NCBI GenBank assembly: GCA_043228905.1
Contig: JBHGNT010000010.1
Location: 17,856,001-17,920,000, forward strand
DNA from: Azolla caroliniana
Taxonomy: Eukaryota; Plantae; Polypodiophyta
Direction of reading: 5' to 3'
DNA: 64,000 nucleotides
Numbering within the stretch: the stretch's first letter is position 1; each line of letters starts with the position of its first letter. The notes under the pieces are model-generated. The model made no database searches and was not told the origin of the DNA. It worked only from the letters and a program-made list of their open reading frames with translations. Position numbers and translations under genes: made by a program. Shown here piece after piece: positions 25,200 through 41,217 of this stretch.

Positions 25200-27249
25200 G
25201 TTCCACTATAATTGGTAGAGATATCACTTACTTTAAAGGAGATACCTTTTTCCTCAACCAATGTTATGTCATGGAGATCCACGATTTAATGAATTAGTGT
25301 TGATTATCTCAAACAATAAATTGTAGATTGTTAAAGTGAACGCAACAAAAAAGCCACACAACATAAAAAAACGCCCCATACAATGCTCTATTGGTGCATG
25401 TTCTTGAAACTACAAATGCGAACGATCATCAAAGTTCACGGATAAAAAAGCCATCGTTACAGTCACAGGCTTGATGGGGGCTTAAAAGTATAAAAAAAGA
25501 ACGGAGGAAATATTCTAAAGTAGTTTATATGCTCGTTAGTTCTATTGATAATGTAAGAGGGACATGAAAGAAACATTGGTCCGTATATTCTTTCAAATTC
25601 AATTTGATATTGAATGCACACCAATGATGTGAAATGGTTGCAATGTGTTGATTGATTGATGAAATCATGCTTCTTGGTGGATAATGATACCATACACATT
25701 ATCCACATTGCAATCATACGGTTGTGCAAGGCATCTCAAGGCCTGAGGTAGATGGCCAAATTATTTGACAAACCCCGAGTCGACGGTAGAAATCACCCAT
25801 AGTTTATGTATAATGTATTGAGAGCATGCCATGTATAAATACTTGAATGAGCGCATGTGCAATGAAACTGGGAATTCTTACACTTTGTTTTTTAGAATGC
25901 AATGGACTCGTTGCATGGACCTTTGGATTATTAAACATAAATTCACGAAAGGCATATTACGACTAAAAAATTAGACTGTATGATCTAAAACCTAGAAACA
26001 TGAAGGCTTTTTAGGATGAACACAACATAAGACTCGTGGATTGAATGGAACCACCCATGAGCTTAATGTAAACTTGTGAGTTTATATACAAAATTGGTGA
26101 GGATATCTCAAACCTTTATATGACATATAAATGCAATGATTACAAATCATGCTTTATAATGTATATATTGCCATTCAAATATAAGTGGTTGATCAATTAC
26201 TTAATATTGGTTTGCCTGACCTTGTACGATTCTCTACATGGAATATGAAATCTAGGTATAATGTTTGTAACATTCTAGTTTAGGTCACAACAATCCAATT
26301 TAATCCTCAGATTGATAGGCAACGGTGGCATGCTTATATATTACTTTACACTTAACATTCACAACACCTAAAAAAAGTTCACAATGTGATTAAAATTTGA
26401 GCTTCTTTTGCTAAATGTTGCTATGTCTACATGTTTTATAACAAACTCAACATAAAAAAGTAGTAAAAATGAAATTTTGCTTTTGGATCTACAATTTTAA
26501 TACGGAAAGGTTCGTATTATAAGTTATAACTTATAACATTGCCAAATAGCACCACATTAAGAGTACCTTGAGCAACCCATGATATTTTCATGGACTTGAT
26601 TAAAATTTTATGCATGAGTATATAATATTTATGCATGGGATGGAAATAATATAATTTTAATGCCGTGTTCATATCAACTTGGTTAACAACATATGCTCTT
26701 AGTATAACCTTTTGCATGAAGCAATAATATATAAAAATAACGTCACTTTCATACCAATGACTTTTGAGGGTTGACATGTCAATTATAGGAACCCCCCTCA
26801 ATCAATGATACACATTCATAGCACATATGGACAACATACAATTTGCACATGCATAATTAGAGAGCTCAATGTTGCGATGCATATTACGTAATATATGTAG
26901 GTCACCCCAATGAGTTAGAATATTGTTCGCTCGACAATCCAAAGTTAACTAGTTCATCAATCTAGAAGTGAGAGTGTCCAATGCTATCCAAACTCAATGG
27001 TTCCAACACGATAGAACATGAATGTGATGTGTCAGGCGACTCTCTATATCATGCTATTAGAGGGATCTTGAGGTTACACGGTAAGTTTTAGCAATGTTTA
27101 GACAAGAAAAAGGGAATCATTGAACATAGGATCAAATTTTCAAACTTGCTTTGCAACAAACACTAACAAGACAACCCAACAATATATGGATACAAGATTC
27201 CTTGCTATAAATTTGGGTTATTTTCTCATAACAAGAAAGGAGTACATAT

Positions 27250-27455
27250 GGATTGATCAACGACTAGGTATGGAAACGGGAAATTGATCGATGATTAGAC
27301 ATGGAAGGTGGATTGATTGATGACTAGATGAATTGGGAAGCCAGATTGATCGATGACTAGAAGAAGTGGGAATGCAGATTGATCAACGACCAGGTATGGA
27401 AAGCGAGAATTGATCGATGAGTGGACAAAGTAGGAATGAAACCTCGATTGATTGG
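27250..27455. repeat. degenerate ~31-33-bp tandem repeat (ATTGATCGATGACTAG...GGAA)
   Basis: About 6-7 units visible. Confidence 0.75.
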
Positions 27456-27715
27456 GTGGATAAGGCGAAAAGGCGAAAATATGGTCAGGACGAACTGGAC
27501 ATGGAAATGGAGAGATCGAATAAGTAAGTGAAAGAAGTTTTTCTTACTTATTCTTTGTGGGGGCAGGGGGGGGGATGTATTATCTTGAGGATTTGTCTGA
27601 GGCTTTCGCATGGATATTAATAAATTTTTTCAATGATAACTTAAGAGCTCTTCTTACTTAACTTTACATACTAAATTAACTCTAAAGCTTAAAAACAAAA
27701 AATTAATGTCTTTCC

Positions 27716-28412
27716 TAGGGATCGACAACGGCTCGACTCAAGCCTAAACCGTTTGGCTTAACCGGCTTAGCGACTCGGTTTAGGCTTGAGCCTGCCTTAA
27801 CGGTTTGAGCTCGGCTCGGCTTGAGCCGTTTAAGTTATTTAATTAGTAATTACTATAGTTTATTACTAAAGTCTAAGTTCTAAGTTCTAAGTAGTCACGA
27901 GTCTAAGTTCTAACTCAAGTCTTAGTAGTGGTGACTCAATTCTAAGTTCTAAGTTCTAAAGAGTCACGAGTCTATTGTGTGCACATAGAATCCAGAGTGA
28001 CGACTTAGGTAATAGGACTCTCGACACAGACAATGAGCAGTCCATCGACCCAGACAGTGCATTTCTCATTTTATGTTTTCTTGTTGTTTTTCTCTAAGCC
28101 TTGTAACCATTCTACGTTTGGAGCATATTGGAGGGGGATTGTTCAATGATAAATTGTAACGGAATTGTGTGATGAAGTTCAATGATAAATTGTAATAGAA
28201 TTGTGTTATGAAGTTCAATATTCAATGGAAGAGTATTGTTGTTTTCTCCCAAACCGGTTTCCAAGCCGTTTCCCAAGCCGGTTCATAAACCTGTTTAGGG
28301 ATCGGTTTGGTTTGGTTCATGTTTGAAAACCCCTAAACGGTTTAGGCTTAGCCGGTTTGTCTTGGATAAGGACAAACCGGCTAAGCCTAAACCGAACCGT
28401 TGCCGATCCCTA
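27716..28412. mobile_element. non-autonomous hAT-type element directly upstream of the UMP-CMP kinase gene
   Basis: 16-bp TIR TAGGGATCGACAACGG / CCGTTGCCGATCCCTA (1 mismatch), with many AACCG/CGGTT subterminal motifs. No clean TSD. Confidence 0.85.
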
Positions 28413-29425
28413 TAAATTCCTACCTACATAGTCTGTACACAGACAGAAATGCCTCTGTTTTAGTGGGCGAAGATTTGTGCAGCAAAAAAGAAGAAGAAGA
28501 AGAAGAAGAAGAAGAAGAAGAAGAATAGAAAAACAGAAAAACACAGGAGAACAAATTAGTAAAAAAGCCAAAAAGGAAAACAAAAAAGAAGAAGACCCCC
28601 ATCTTCTTTTTATTCTTCTTCTTCTTCTTCCTCATTGCACACATCAGATCCTCAGATATTCGCCCACCAGGTAAAGAAGCAAATCTTAGCTTCTCGTGCA
28701 CTAAGCTAAAGCTTTCATTCTTGTGTCTGCTCCTCCTCCTCCCGCTTCTGTAATTGTTGTTCGAGATCTAAGCAATGCATTGTGGGTCTTGTTAATGATA
28801 AGCAATGCAATTCTGGGGCTCGTTAATGCTTTTGTTTTTCTTTAAAAATGCTTCTATTTTGCTATGCTTGATCTGTTATGGAAGTAATTCTCTCTTTCTC
28901 ATCGATTTTTTATTTCTTAATGCAGAAGAAACAAATCCCATTTTTCACGGCATTTTTCAGGTACCCATTTTCAAATATTGATGAATTTATTTATTTTACT
29001 CTAGATCTGTGTTACATTTGAACTTTAGTCACGATGTATTGAATCAATTTCGATGATCCAATCATCAAGGAACTTTAATCAGATCTGGATCAAAAGCTCA
29101 ATACACACACGTACATACATACATATAAACATTGCTACGATACATCTTATAGCTAGATTTGGAGAAAGTTTGGGTTTTGATATTCCCTAGATATCTAGAT
29201 GGACACCAAAATATCCGATAGTTTGAGAGGACCCTAATAAGAGTCAGATCTCCTGCGTGTGAACATTAGTTTTATGTACATATACATACATACATACGTG
29301 TTTGCATAGTCATCCATCAAATTTGGATTAAATGATCTCTTGAGCTAAGTCTATTTGTAAATTGGGAGGCATTTCTGTTTATCATAGCAAGGAGAAAAGC
29401 TATTGTGGTTTGTGTGCTCTAGCCA

Positions 29426-31042
<1,617 letters not shown>

Positions 31043-32586
31043 TGTTTTAGGTAATTTCTTTATTTAATTTCATTGTTAATAAGATTGTTTTCTTTGTGTC
31101 CTAATTTTGTTTTAATAATTACTTAGTTTTTTTCGATACTTATCGCTAAAATGCTTTTAAACATTTGTCTACTGTTACAGGGATTAAAACCCCTGTTTTT
31201 TTGCGTGTGGTCATGCTCTAATGAGAATGCAATTTCTTCATTTGTTCTTTATGTCAGCACTATTCTCATGGGACTTCGACAATAACGTCATTCTACGTCC
31301 AGACCCTCAATGGAGCATTAATGATCAAATAATAGCAAGCCATGTTTCTTGTATTGAATTATCAGATATGCTCTGTTGTTTCATCCTGATACTACAATCC
31401 ATTCTTTCACATTTAAAGGTATATAATTCCTGGTACTAATCTCCTCAATCCAATCCACAATTTTCTATTTTTGAAACCTATTTTTTCCGAATTGACAATG
31501 TCTTTCTTAATCATTAATCCAAAGCTTATTCAATATGTTCACTCTGATGAAGCTGACATTTTTGCTAAGATTGCTGGAAATGTATTTTCTATCCATATTC
31601 TAATGATAGTCCATCCTACTTGTGAAGTGTGTCACACAAGTTATGTTCCTTCATATGATCTTGTTATGGTATAGTTTTATGGACATATTTTACATTAGAG
31701 ACTGATTGATTTTATAGATACGTATAATTTTTCCTCAAATTCAACTATCTCCATCTTTGTCCAGACTTGTTTACAGTTTTATGGGAGAACTAAATGTATA
31801 ATTTCTTTGTTATAACTTTTGAGTTGCCAGATTAATGTAATCACTTAGAATATTAACCATGGAAATTGAGTAAGTGCATATGGTCAAATATGTGCCTGTC
31901 ATTGAAATAAACTCTAGAATCATTTATAAAAAAAAAGATCATAAAGTTATGGTTGGAAATACTTAGACTCAAACATGTGTTCATAAATAGTTGAACTATC
32001 TGATAGATTTCATAAATAGGCGAATTTGACAATCTTTAGTACAAAAGTATGAAAATTTCCCCAAGAAATTAAGTAATATTAAGAAAGTTGCCACCATAAA
32101 TAAAACTTGGGATGAAATCTTTGTGCTCAATTTTTGATGCCATAAAATAAACTTTGGAACACTTCCAAATTATGACATATCTTCTTAAGGGTAATTGCAT
32201 GCCAAGTTGTTTGTCAATAGGAAGTGAAGGCTGATAATTGATAGATCTGTTATAGATGTACACACATGTTATATATATGGAAGGAGATCCCTACTTCATT
32301 GCCAAAGGTCTACAACTCTTGCATGAATTTAACATCGTTTTATGGCTTTGTGATCACATGCATATAAATACAAGCAATAGACATTTGCCTAATGCATATA
32401 TTTGCATGGCATACAATCACAAGTGCACTGCAAACGTTTGCCCAATACATCTACTTTGGATTGCAAATAATTTATACACTATGCAAATAGTGATACAAGT
32501 TATAAACATGTATATATACAAGTGAAGAAACCCTCATGAGCATCACAATGAAGCTTTAATAAAGAGCATTATGGCTTCGATTCTAT

Positions 32587-35500
32587 CTATTCTCCTCTCG
32601 GTCCCCAACCTCCAGTTTTGGTAGGTTTGTACAACCAACTATTAGCAAGTCCAGTCGAATTGCATTTTAGGCAAAGTTCTCGACCTCTACCACCACAAGT
32701 TGCACACTTTTCTAATGGGTTCCCTGTAAATAGCCCACCTGTAAAAAAACCATGCTCTCTCTCTCTCTCTCAAGATGAACATCCATAGTGATAATTCCCA
32801 CATTATGTCTTTCATATTTCTAATGTATACAGTTACTCCATATCTACCATTAAACATGATTCCGATTATTGTGCAACCCCACTACCTTAAAAACTGGACT
32901 ATGATTTCCATGTCATTCTTCAGCCCATTCTGCACATATTAGCTAAAGATCCACCGTCTAGGCACCAAATAACAAGAAGACAAAACTTGCTGTATTTCAG
33001 ATAAATATTTCCAAATGTTAGGTGCAATAGGCATTGAATGAATTGATATATATATTGATTGAAGAATACAAATAGAACACGTGCCTAATGTCAACCCTTT
33101 CCTCTTGAGGGTTGACCCTAAAGCAAGGCCCTCAATTATCACTCTCCAAACACACACCTTGCATCGAAACAGAAATTGAGAATAACAATTGCATTGCAAC
33201 ATTTTCCACTGAACCATGAAAGTGAGCTACGGAATGATGATATAACATATGAAGACCCGATGACAATCTTGTACCACCCGTTGAACACCAATCTACCCAA
33301 GGTTGATGATCTGTCTTCATAGGCAAACATCCTTGCAACAATGCTATACTTCGCAAGTTTAATTTGGTGGAATACATAATCATATTTCAGTATCATCGAA
33401 CTCTTAACAATTTTCTATATCAACTATATTGCCCACTTCAACCACCTCTAACTAAAACAAACAATTAAATTGAGATCTCAAATATTCCTTTTTGTTACCA
33501 ATGTAATAATCGAGAAGAAACAAGTAATTCTTTTTGTAATGAATTAAATTGCTCTTGACTATTTGATGGCGCCCATTCAAAATACGTCAAAGCTTTTTGC
33601 CAAGATCCTACTCGTTCGGAGAGGTGGGATAATACTGTCACCTTGGAAATCCTCCAACCAACTCCTTAATATATACAAAATGTTGAACTTCAACAGGACT
33701 GCATCCATTGAGGAATTGCCACTATGACGCCTTAATGTTTTCGCATGCCCTAATCCTTCTTTCTCAATAAAATGTTATATCATATATATCCATGGTTGCT
33801 CTTGTCAATAAATATCTTGCAAAAACGAAAAAAACAAGCCATCAAATGCATACCCAAATTCAGTATTGCCAAACCACCTAGCCGCTTAGGAATAACCAAA
33901 AGATCCCATCAAATCCATGTAATTCTCATATTTTCCTTCTTTCCCCATGATATAAACTGAAGGGGTTGTAAAATCTCTTGTTGCGCCTTCTTAGTCCAAG
34001 AAATGGTAAAAAACTAGAAGCATGGGTTCCAAAGTACATTGCGCCACTTTGAGTTACACATGAAATGTCCATGATTGAGACTGCCAATACCAATCCACTC
34101 AATTAATTGAGAATTTGCAACATCAACTCCCAATGAATAACCTAAATGTTGAAAATTTGTACCCCTTAATCACTAAACCCTGCCATCCCAAACATCGTCA
34201 ATTGGTCTCAGTATAAGAGATAAATAAGAGTTTTTTCCAATTTATATGCAACCCTAAAGAAGGCAAACTAATCCCAAACTTGCATACTCTTCCTTTTGAG
34301 GCATTTAAAACATGAAGGAATCATCCATAAAAGCTTGCTTACATCACTAGCTGTCCTCCAAATGGCGGTCATAGATCCACGATATCATCATCAATTGTAA
34401 GATTTGATAACATTGCCAACAAAGGATGTGTAGCAATGACAAATAGTGAACGACCAAGATGACATCCTTGTTGTAGTGAACTAGTGAGTGGAATTTGTGG
34501 AATGATTCCACCATTAACCATAACACAAGATGTTCATTTTAGCCCAGCAAGAAATATAAGCGACGATATGCAAGGTCCGAAACTTATGCTATGCATCACT
34601 CCGGAGACAAAGGACCAATTGACATGATCAAGGAAAAGCTCAAGTAATTGACCTCTCAATATTCAATTTATAAGGGCTGAAATGGACAGAAATGAAAGCA
34701 CATGTATATCTTTATTCTGGTTACACAGATCTTCATGGACAAAACAAATTCTAATTTGAAGTTGTATTCTCTTTCTTGCAAGACAGGATGTTCAATATTT
34801 GGATGTGCATGTATGGACAGGAGAAACATCAGCCAGATTAGAATCCCTTCACACAAATGGAGATCAGTCTAACAATCTACCTTGTCATTGAAAGCCACAA
34901 AGGCACGAAAGATGGGCAGTGTGTACACGGCATGTGAACAGATTCACGGCCATGTGGGTATAACAATCAATTTATTATCACTTAGTACTACTCATGTTCC
35001 CAACTGTACATGTGAAGAAATGATGAAAAGAGCTCAATTTGTGGTCCCAACCATAGTATGAACCATATGTACCATACATGTAGTCGCATTCACGTAAGAA
35101 AAACACCCTCAAAGAATGATAAATACCATACTTTTGGATTAACTATTTATTATGAGGTAAATAAGCCTTAAAAATGGAAAAAAAGGGGAAAAAACAAAAA
35201 AAACACAAGAATGTTTGAATAACATTCGCATCCGTTTTCCAATGTAGGAAAACGAATGTTATGCTAGACGAACACGAATTTTACGTACTATGGGACTCCC
35301 AACTGTACTTGTGAAGAAATGATGAAAAGTGGACAGTGTGTACACAGTGTGAACAGATTCACGGCCATTTGGCTGACTAGTGATTCTAGCTTAATGCAGA
35401 TGAGTATCACAATTGATTCATTATCACTTAGTACTGCTCCTGGTCCCAACTTTACATGTGAAGAAATGATGAAAAGAGCTCAATTTGCTAGATATTATCC

Positions 35501-38409
35501 TTTTCAAGGAATTTCCTAATGAAAAACCACAGATTCTAACCGCAAATACTGCATTTTGGATTGCCTTTAAATTTTTTCTGTAGGATCTAAAATACTTTAA
35601 GATACAATCCTCCTCTATGAGAGAAAATGAACACAAGAAACATTCACATCAAAATCAGCGCACTAGAAGGCTTTTATTTGCCCTCCTGCTTGATATCTTA
35701 CCTGGTGCTTGTACAACGAGAATCTCCAGCTGCTTAATGCATAATATTTGGGAGATGTCCAAAGCTCAGTTACACAACTGGTTTTAGTTTTTCATTTGGT
35801 TTTGCCTTTAAAAATCCCCAGCTTACACGATGGGGAGAGTGTTTTGTAACAATTGTTGGTCCCCATGGATTAGGACCCCCCATAGACAGTAAATATCATT
35901 GCCATATCTCTCTAATGTATGCAACAGATTCAGAAACACTGAGATACATAGTGGGCTGCTACATTTCAAAAAGAGAATTCCTGACATATCATGCTTTTGG
36001 GTTAGACAAGGCTGATTCCTTTGGAGTTCTATGCCTGGATATTGCTAAATGTACTAATGAGAGGAAAGTGTTGCGTATTAATGACGTGAATGCAAGGATT
36101 GCACATCAAAATCACAGATTTCTCACTAGAGCCATCAAATAAAAATATTTGCATAGCAATAATCCCAAATGGAAACAACGCTCAGACACTAGTGCCATAA
36201 GACTATACATACTAGAAAAAAATGATGCCTTAGATCAAATACAAGTGTTTGGGAGCCAGAGCTATATCCCTAACTTCAGATCACATGTCTATACATGTGG
36301 AAGCCAAACCAATGTATGCTTCAGATTAATCATATATCCTTTAGCGTTTGCTTTGTTTTGTGGATGAGAATGAAATTTATCTTCATACACAGTTCTCATT
36401 TACATCACATAAGCATGTATTTGTTTTGTTTTGTTTTCCCTCTACTCTACTCACATCAAAGTGTTGATGGAAACAGGTTGTGTAGGTCACTATGATATTA
36501 CAAATATGAACATACACAGATATATAAAATATGCATATGATTACATAGATATACACACATAAGTGTGTATATTGTATCAAAATTTAATGTATAACCCACT
36601 CACCTTGCTTTCCTCTCCCTTTGCAAGCGGCACAAAGCTACAAAGAAGAAGAGAGGACATGAATAAGCTTAAATGAAGTGAATTGCAATTTATTGATTGA
36701 AGATGAGATGTTGATGTTGATGATGATGATGAAAGATAGATGACCATGGTAGATTATGATGCATAATGACTATGAATGACAATGAAGCATGGGAAAGCAT
36801 TTTTACATTATTTCCCACACCCAGGCAGCCCTTGCATTTCTGAGGTTTCTGCAACCAGAAAAGCCAAAAGGGAAGAAAACAATAAAAATAATGAAATGTG
36901 CCACAAAGGTAAAACTATATATTATGATCACTAAGCAAAAAATAAAATAAAAGCATATCCATTTTCATCATCACATCCATCATCCATTCATCCATCATCC
37001 ATTCATCCATCATCCATCATCCATCATCCATCATCCATCATCCATCATCCATCATCCATCATCCATCATCCATCATCCATCATCCATCATCCATCATCCA
37101 TCATCCATCATCCATCATCCATTCATCCATCATCCATTCATCCATCATCCATTCATCCATCATCCATCATCCATCCTCCATCCTCCATCCTCCATCCTCC
37201 ATCCTCCATCCTCCATCCTCCATCCTCCATCCTCCATCCTCCATCATCCATCATCCATCATCCATTCATCCATTCATCCATCATCCATCATCCATCATCC
37301 ATTCATCCATTCATCCATTCATCCATCCTCCATCCTCCATCCTCCATCCTCCATCCTCCATCCTCCATCATCCATCATCCATCGTCCATCATCCATCGTC
37401 CATCATCCATCGTCCATCATCCATCGTCCATCATCCATCGTCCATTCCTCCATCGTCCATTCCTCCATCGTCCATTCCTCCATCGTCCATCGTCCATCGT
37501 CCATCGTCCATTCGTCCATCGTCCATCGTCCATCGTCCATTCATCCATCATCCATCATCCATCATCCATCCATCCATCCATCCATCCATTCATCCATCAT
37601 CCATCATCCATCATCCATCATCCATCATCCATCATCCATCATCCATCATCCATTCATCCATCCTCCATCCTCCATCCTCCATCATCCATCATCCATCATC
37701 CATCATCCATCATCCATCATCCATCATCCATCATCCATCGTCCATTCCTCCATCGTCCATTCCTCCATCGTCCATCGTCCATTCGTCCATCGTCCATCGT
37801 CCATCGTCCATCGTCCATCGTCCATCGTCCATTCATCCATCATCCATCATCCATTCATCCATTCATCCATCATCCATCCATCCATCCATCCATTCATCCA
37901 TTCATCCATTCATCCATCATCCATCATCCATCATCCATCATCCATCATCCATCATCCATCATCCATCATCCATTCATCCATTCATCCATTCATCCATCAT
38001 CTATTCATTCATCATCCATTCATCCATTCATCCATAATCCCTCACCAATGGGGCAGATTCCTTTCTCTTCTTCTTCTTCCATTCATCCATTCATCCATTC
38101 ATCCATTCATCCATTCATCCATCATCCATAATCCCTCACCAATGGGGCAGATTCCTTTCTCTTCTTCTTCACATGATTGATGGATGCCTCATGCAACCAA
38201 CATTCATCCTCATCCACTGTAATCCTTTCCTCATCTACTTCCATCAAACATCAATCAAAATTCACTCAAGTTAAGAAAAGGCATACCAGGTTAGCTCGTG
38301 CGGACCGAAGGAGGAGAGGGGAGAGGAGCTGAAGGGCTACAACGGAGGCGATGGCGGTGCTCCCGAGCCAAGCAGGGGATGCTGCCTCTGTCACACGCTG
38401 AGGTTCCAT
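32587..38409 (-). CDS. small DnaJ-like cysteine-rich zinc-finger protein (no J domain), 4 exons: 38409..38287, 36848..36807, 36637..36604, 32738..32587; 116 aa
   Basis: Spliced product [116 protein letters not shown]. Four CxxCx(G/S)xG repeats, GT-AG junctions with phases 0, 0, 1, and a TATAAAA at 38545..38539. Confidence 0.85.
32780..34640 (-). mobile_element. decayed L1-type LINE (RT to zf-RVT) inside intron 3 of the zinc-finger gene
   Basis: Minus-strand fragments VMVNGG...[20 protein letters not shown] (RT) and [23 protein letters not shown]...CSIC (zf-RVT), with many stops. Boundaries approximate. Confidence 0.8.
35052..35292. mobile_element. third copy of the CATAGTACG-family MITE
   Basis: CATAGTATG...CGTACTATG. 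Nearly identical to 25010..25199 (AAATACCATACTTTTGGATTAACTAT...CACAAGAATGTTTGAATAACATTCG). Confidence 0.9.
36974..38130. repeat. complex CATC-based satellite (CCATCAT, CCATCCT, CCATCGT, CCATTCAT units) in intron 1 of the zinc-finger gene
   Basis: Directly visible, about 1.1 kb. Confidence 0.98.
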
Positions 38410-38553
38410 TGGAACCTTCTTCGCTCCCTATCCTTTTCTTCTCCCACAATTTGGATTGCAGAGCAAAACTATTTCCTCAGATACCCACCAAGCTTTTCGT
38501 TATTCCGCCGAATGCCCCTACCCGTCATGCACATTAAATTTTATATCCATCTC

Positions 38554-39038
38554 TAGCAATCGGCAACGGTTTGAACCGCGAAACCGCCGCTTAACAACGG
38601 GTTTAAACGGTTTGGTTTGGTTTGGTTCAGGGTCAGGTTTTTTGTAAATGGTTCGGTTTTGGTTCAGTTCAGTTTGGGGGTTTACCTATTTGGTTCGAGC
38701 CTTTATCGGTTTAAATGGTTTCAAAACCATAGTTCCAATGGTTTTAAAAAATTAACATTTACAATTTCTAAAATTAAAATGTGAAATTCTTTTGAATTTT
38801 GACGTAACTTGAAAAACCAAAACTGAACCCCGAAACCATGGTTTTAATGGTTTAAAGGTTTGAAAATCTCTAAAACTGTTTGGTTTGAGCGTGATTTTTT
38901 TTTTTGTAACGGTTCAGTCTAAACAGTTTCATGTTTTGGTTCAGTTTAGTTTAACTTTTAATTTTTTTTTAAACGGTTCAGTTTTTTAGGGTTTGAGTTT
39001 GACACTCTCAAACTGAACCAGAGCATTGCCGATTGTTA
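38554..39038. mobile_element. non-autonomous hAT-type element directly upstream of the zinc-finger gene
   Basis: TIR TAGCAATCGGCAACG / CATTGCCGATTGTTA, with dense AACCG/CGGTT/GGTTT subterminal motifs. Confidence 0.8.
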
Positions 39039-39990
39039 TATCTATCTATCTATTTATCTGTTTCTAAGTATATGATTGACCATCATGCGTTTAGTGTCTT
39101 TTCTACATTGCTTCTTTGCATCGTCTTTGTGTGTCGCATGCCACATCTGGAACCTTGTCATCCAACCTTAGTTTCTTGTGTACATTATGATCGTATACAA
39201 AAACTTTATATGTGACTTCGAGGGACTTGAAAAATCGGGGCCACCTTAATGTATATTATAGACATTAGCCATCATGTTATCGTGACATTACTCTCGTCAA
39301 TGCATGATCATTATTGGATTTCCATGGTAGCTATTGTAGTGTTTTTTGCATGATAACCAAGTGCCAACATGTTATCATGACGTTACTCTAGTCAATGTGT
39401 GACCATTATTGGATTTCCATGTTAGATATTGTAGTGTTTTTGCATGATAATCAAGTAATGAACATGCATGGCAGATCGGTGAGCATGTATTAATGCTAGG
39501 TGTTTTTGTATGATCCAGACGCTATCCCCTCCTTTGATGACAAGTTCCATGCATCAAACTACATGAATTGATATCAAGATACTAATGATGAAATCACGTT
39601 ATAGGAGTTGGAAAATCAACACATTCTTTGGAATTTCGCTAGTTTGACCATTAGGTGTATAACCACTCCATGGGGTAATATAACTTGCTTTCTATAATAT
39701 TAAGAGTTCAAAACAACTTCAACCTCATACTTTGTAGGGCTATCAACAAGTGAATTGGAGGTGGATGGGAACTAACCAGATCTAGAATGGAACTTGAAGA
39801 ATATGGTTTTGAAAGTGATAAATGTAAAAGGGAAATCTAAACAAACATAATGCAATGTTATAGAATATTTAGCATACGATACACATAGAAGTATGCTAAT
39901 TTTATTTTTTTAAATACTTACAATACATGTTTTATATATAAAATACACTAAATACGTTAAATACTTAGAATTCATATAGAATACTTTAAA

Positions 39991-40130
39991 GGGAAAAGTA
40001 CTAGGATACCCCTGGTTCGTCTATTTACCATAATGCCCCTAGAAGTTCCAAATTTACCAAACTACCCCTATGTCCAAAAAAATACACTTTATAAAGTAAT
40101 TATACACTCAAATCTACAAGCCTTATTTAC
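39991..40130. mobile_element. possible single Mutator-like terminal repeat abutting the truncated copia element
   Basis: Starts GGGAAAAGTAC...ACCCC and carries ATTTACCATAATGCCCCT and ATTTACCAAACTACCCCT motifs. No partner end found. Confidence 0.4.
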
Positions 40131-41217
40131 CAGTGTACGACTACGAACCTCGACTCCAATCCGAGCTTTAACGATGAGGTCAACGAGGCCGAGATGCCTC
40201 CGGATGACCCCGAAATCGAGACCCGCGAACAGAGTCCGATTTCACTCCGGTTAAGTGGACCGATTTGGAGGAAGAGATGCACACATTGGCGGAGAACGAG
40301 ACCTGGGACCTGGTTGACGCACCAAAGGGTGTGAAGCCGATCGGGTGTAGGTGGGTGTACAAGGTCAAGTACAACACCGATGGCTCGGTCAACCGGTATA
40401 AGGCTCGGCTAGTGGCAAAGGGCTACGTGCAGAAACACAACATCGACTACGATGAGACGTTTGCGCCGGTCGCGAAAATGACGACCGTCCGTGTTTTACT
40501 CGCAATAGCTGCGACGAAGGGGTGGCACTTACATCAGATGGATGTAAAGAATGCGTTCCTGCAAGGTGACCTTGAGGAACATGTGTACATGGTACAGCCC
40601 CCCGGATTTCACTCCGGAACGAACTCCTCGACAGTATGCCGACTGAAGAAGTCCCTTTACGGATTGAAGCAAGCCCCGCGTGCCTGGAACGCGAAGATCA
40701 CGCAACAACTGCGTCGGATGGGCTTCGTCACGTCAAAATTGGACTCTTCCCTGTTCATCCGGAAAGGTCGACTCGGACCGGTTAGTATTTTGCTATATGT
40801 TGATGACTTGGTCATCACCGGCGCCGACCTAAGAGAAATCGACCGGGTGAAGCTTCAACTTGCGGCATCGTTCGACATGAAGGATCTGGGGGACCTTCAT
40901 TACTTCCTCGGGATCAAAGTGATCCGTACCCCTGAAGGCATATTGATCAGCCAATGTCATTACGTGCTGAGTATGCTCTTCAAATTCGGGATGGCCGACT
41001 GTAAGTCCGTCTCGACTCCTCTGGACAGAACCATCAAGCTTCGTCCTGATACGGGAAAGATACGTGACCCGACGAGATTTCGACAAATTGTCAGAAGCCT
41101 CATATACTTGACCATCACCCGACCCGACCTCAGTTATCCGGTCGGGGTGATCAGTCAGTTCATGGCGCGACCTACCGAGGAGCACCTTCAGTGTGCGCAA
41201 CGCGTACTGCGATACGT

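Noticed and set aside
35701-35730. Strong minus-strand donor CAG|GTAAG inside intron 3 of the zinc-finger gene
   Set aside because: The four-exon model is complete and in frame without it, and no coding similarity supports an extra exon.
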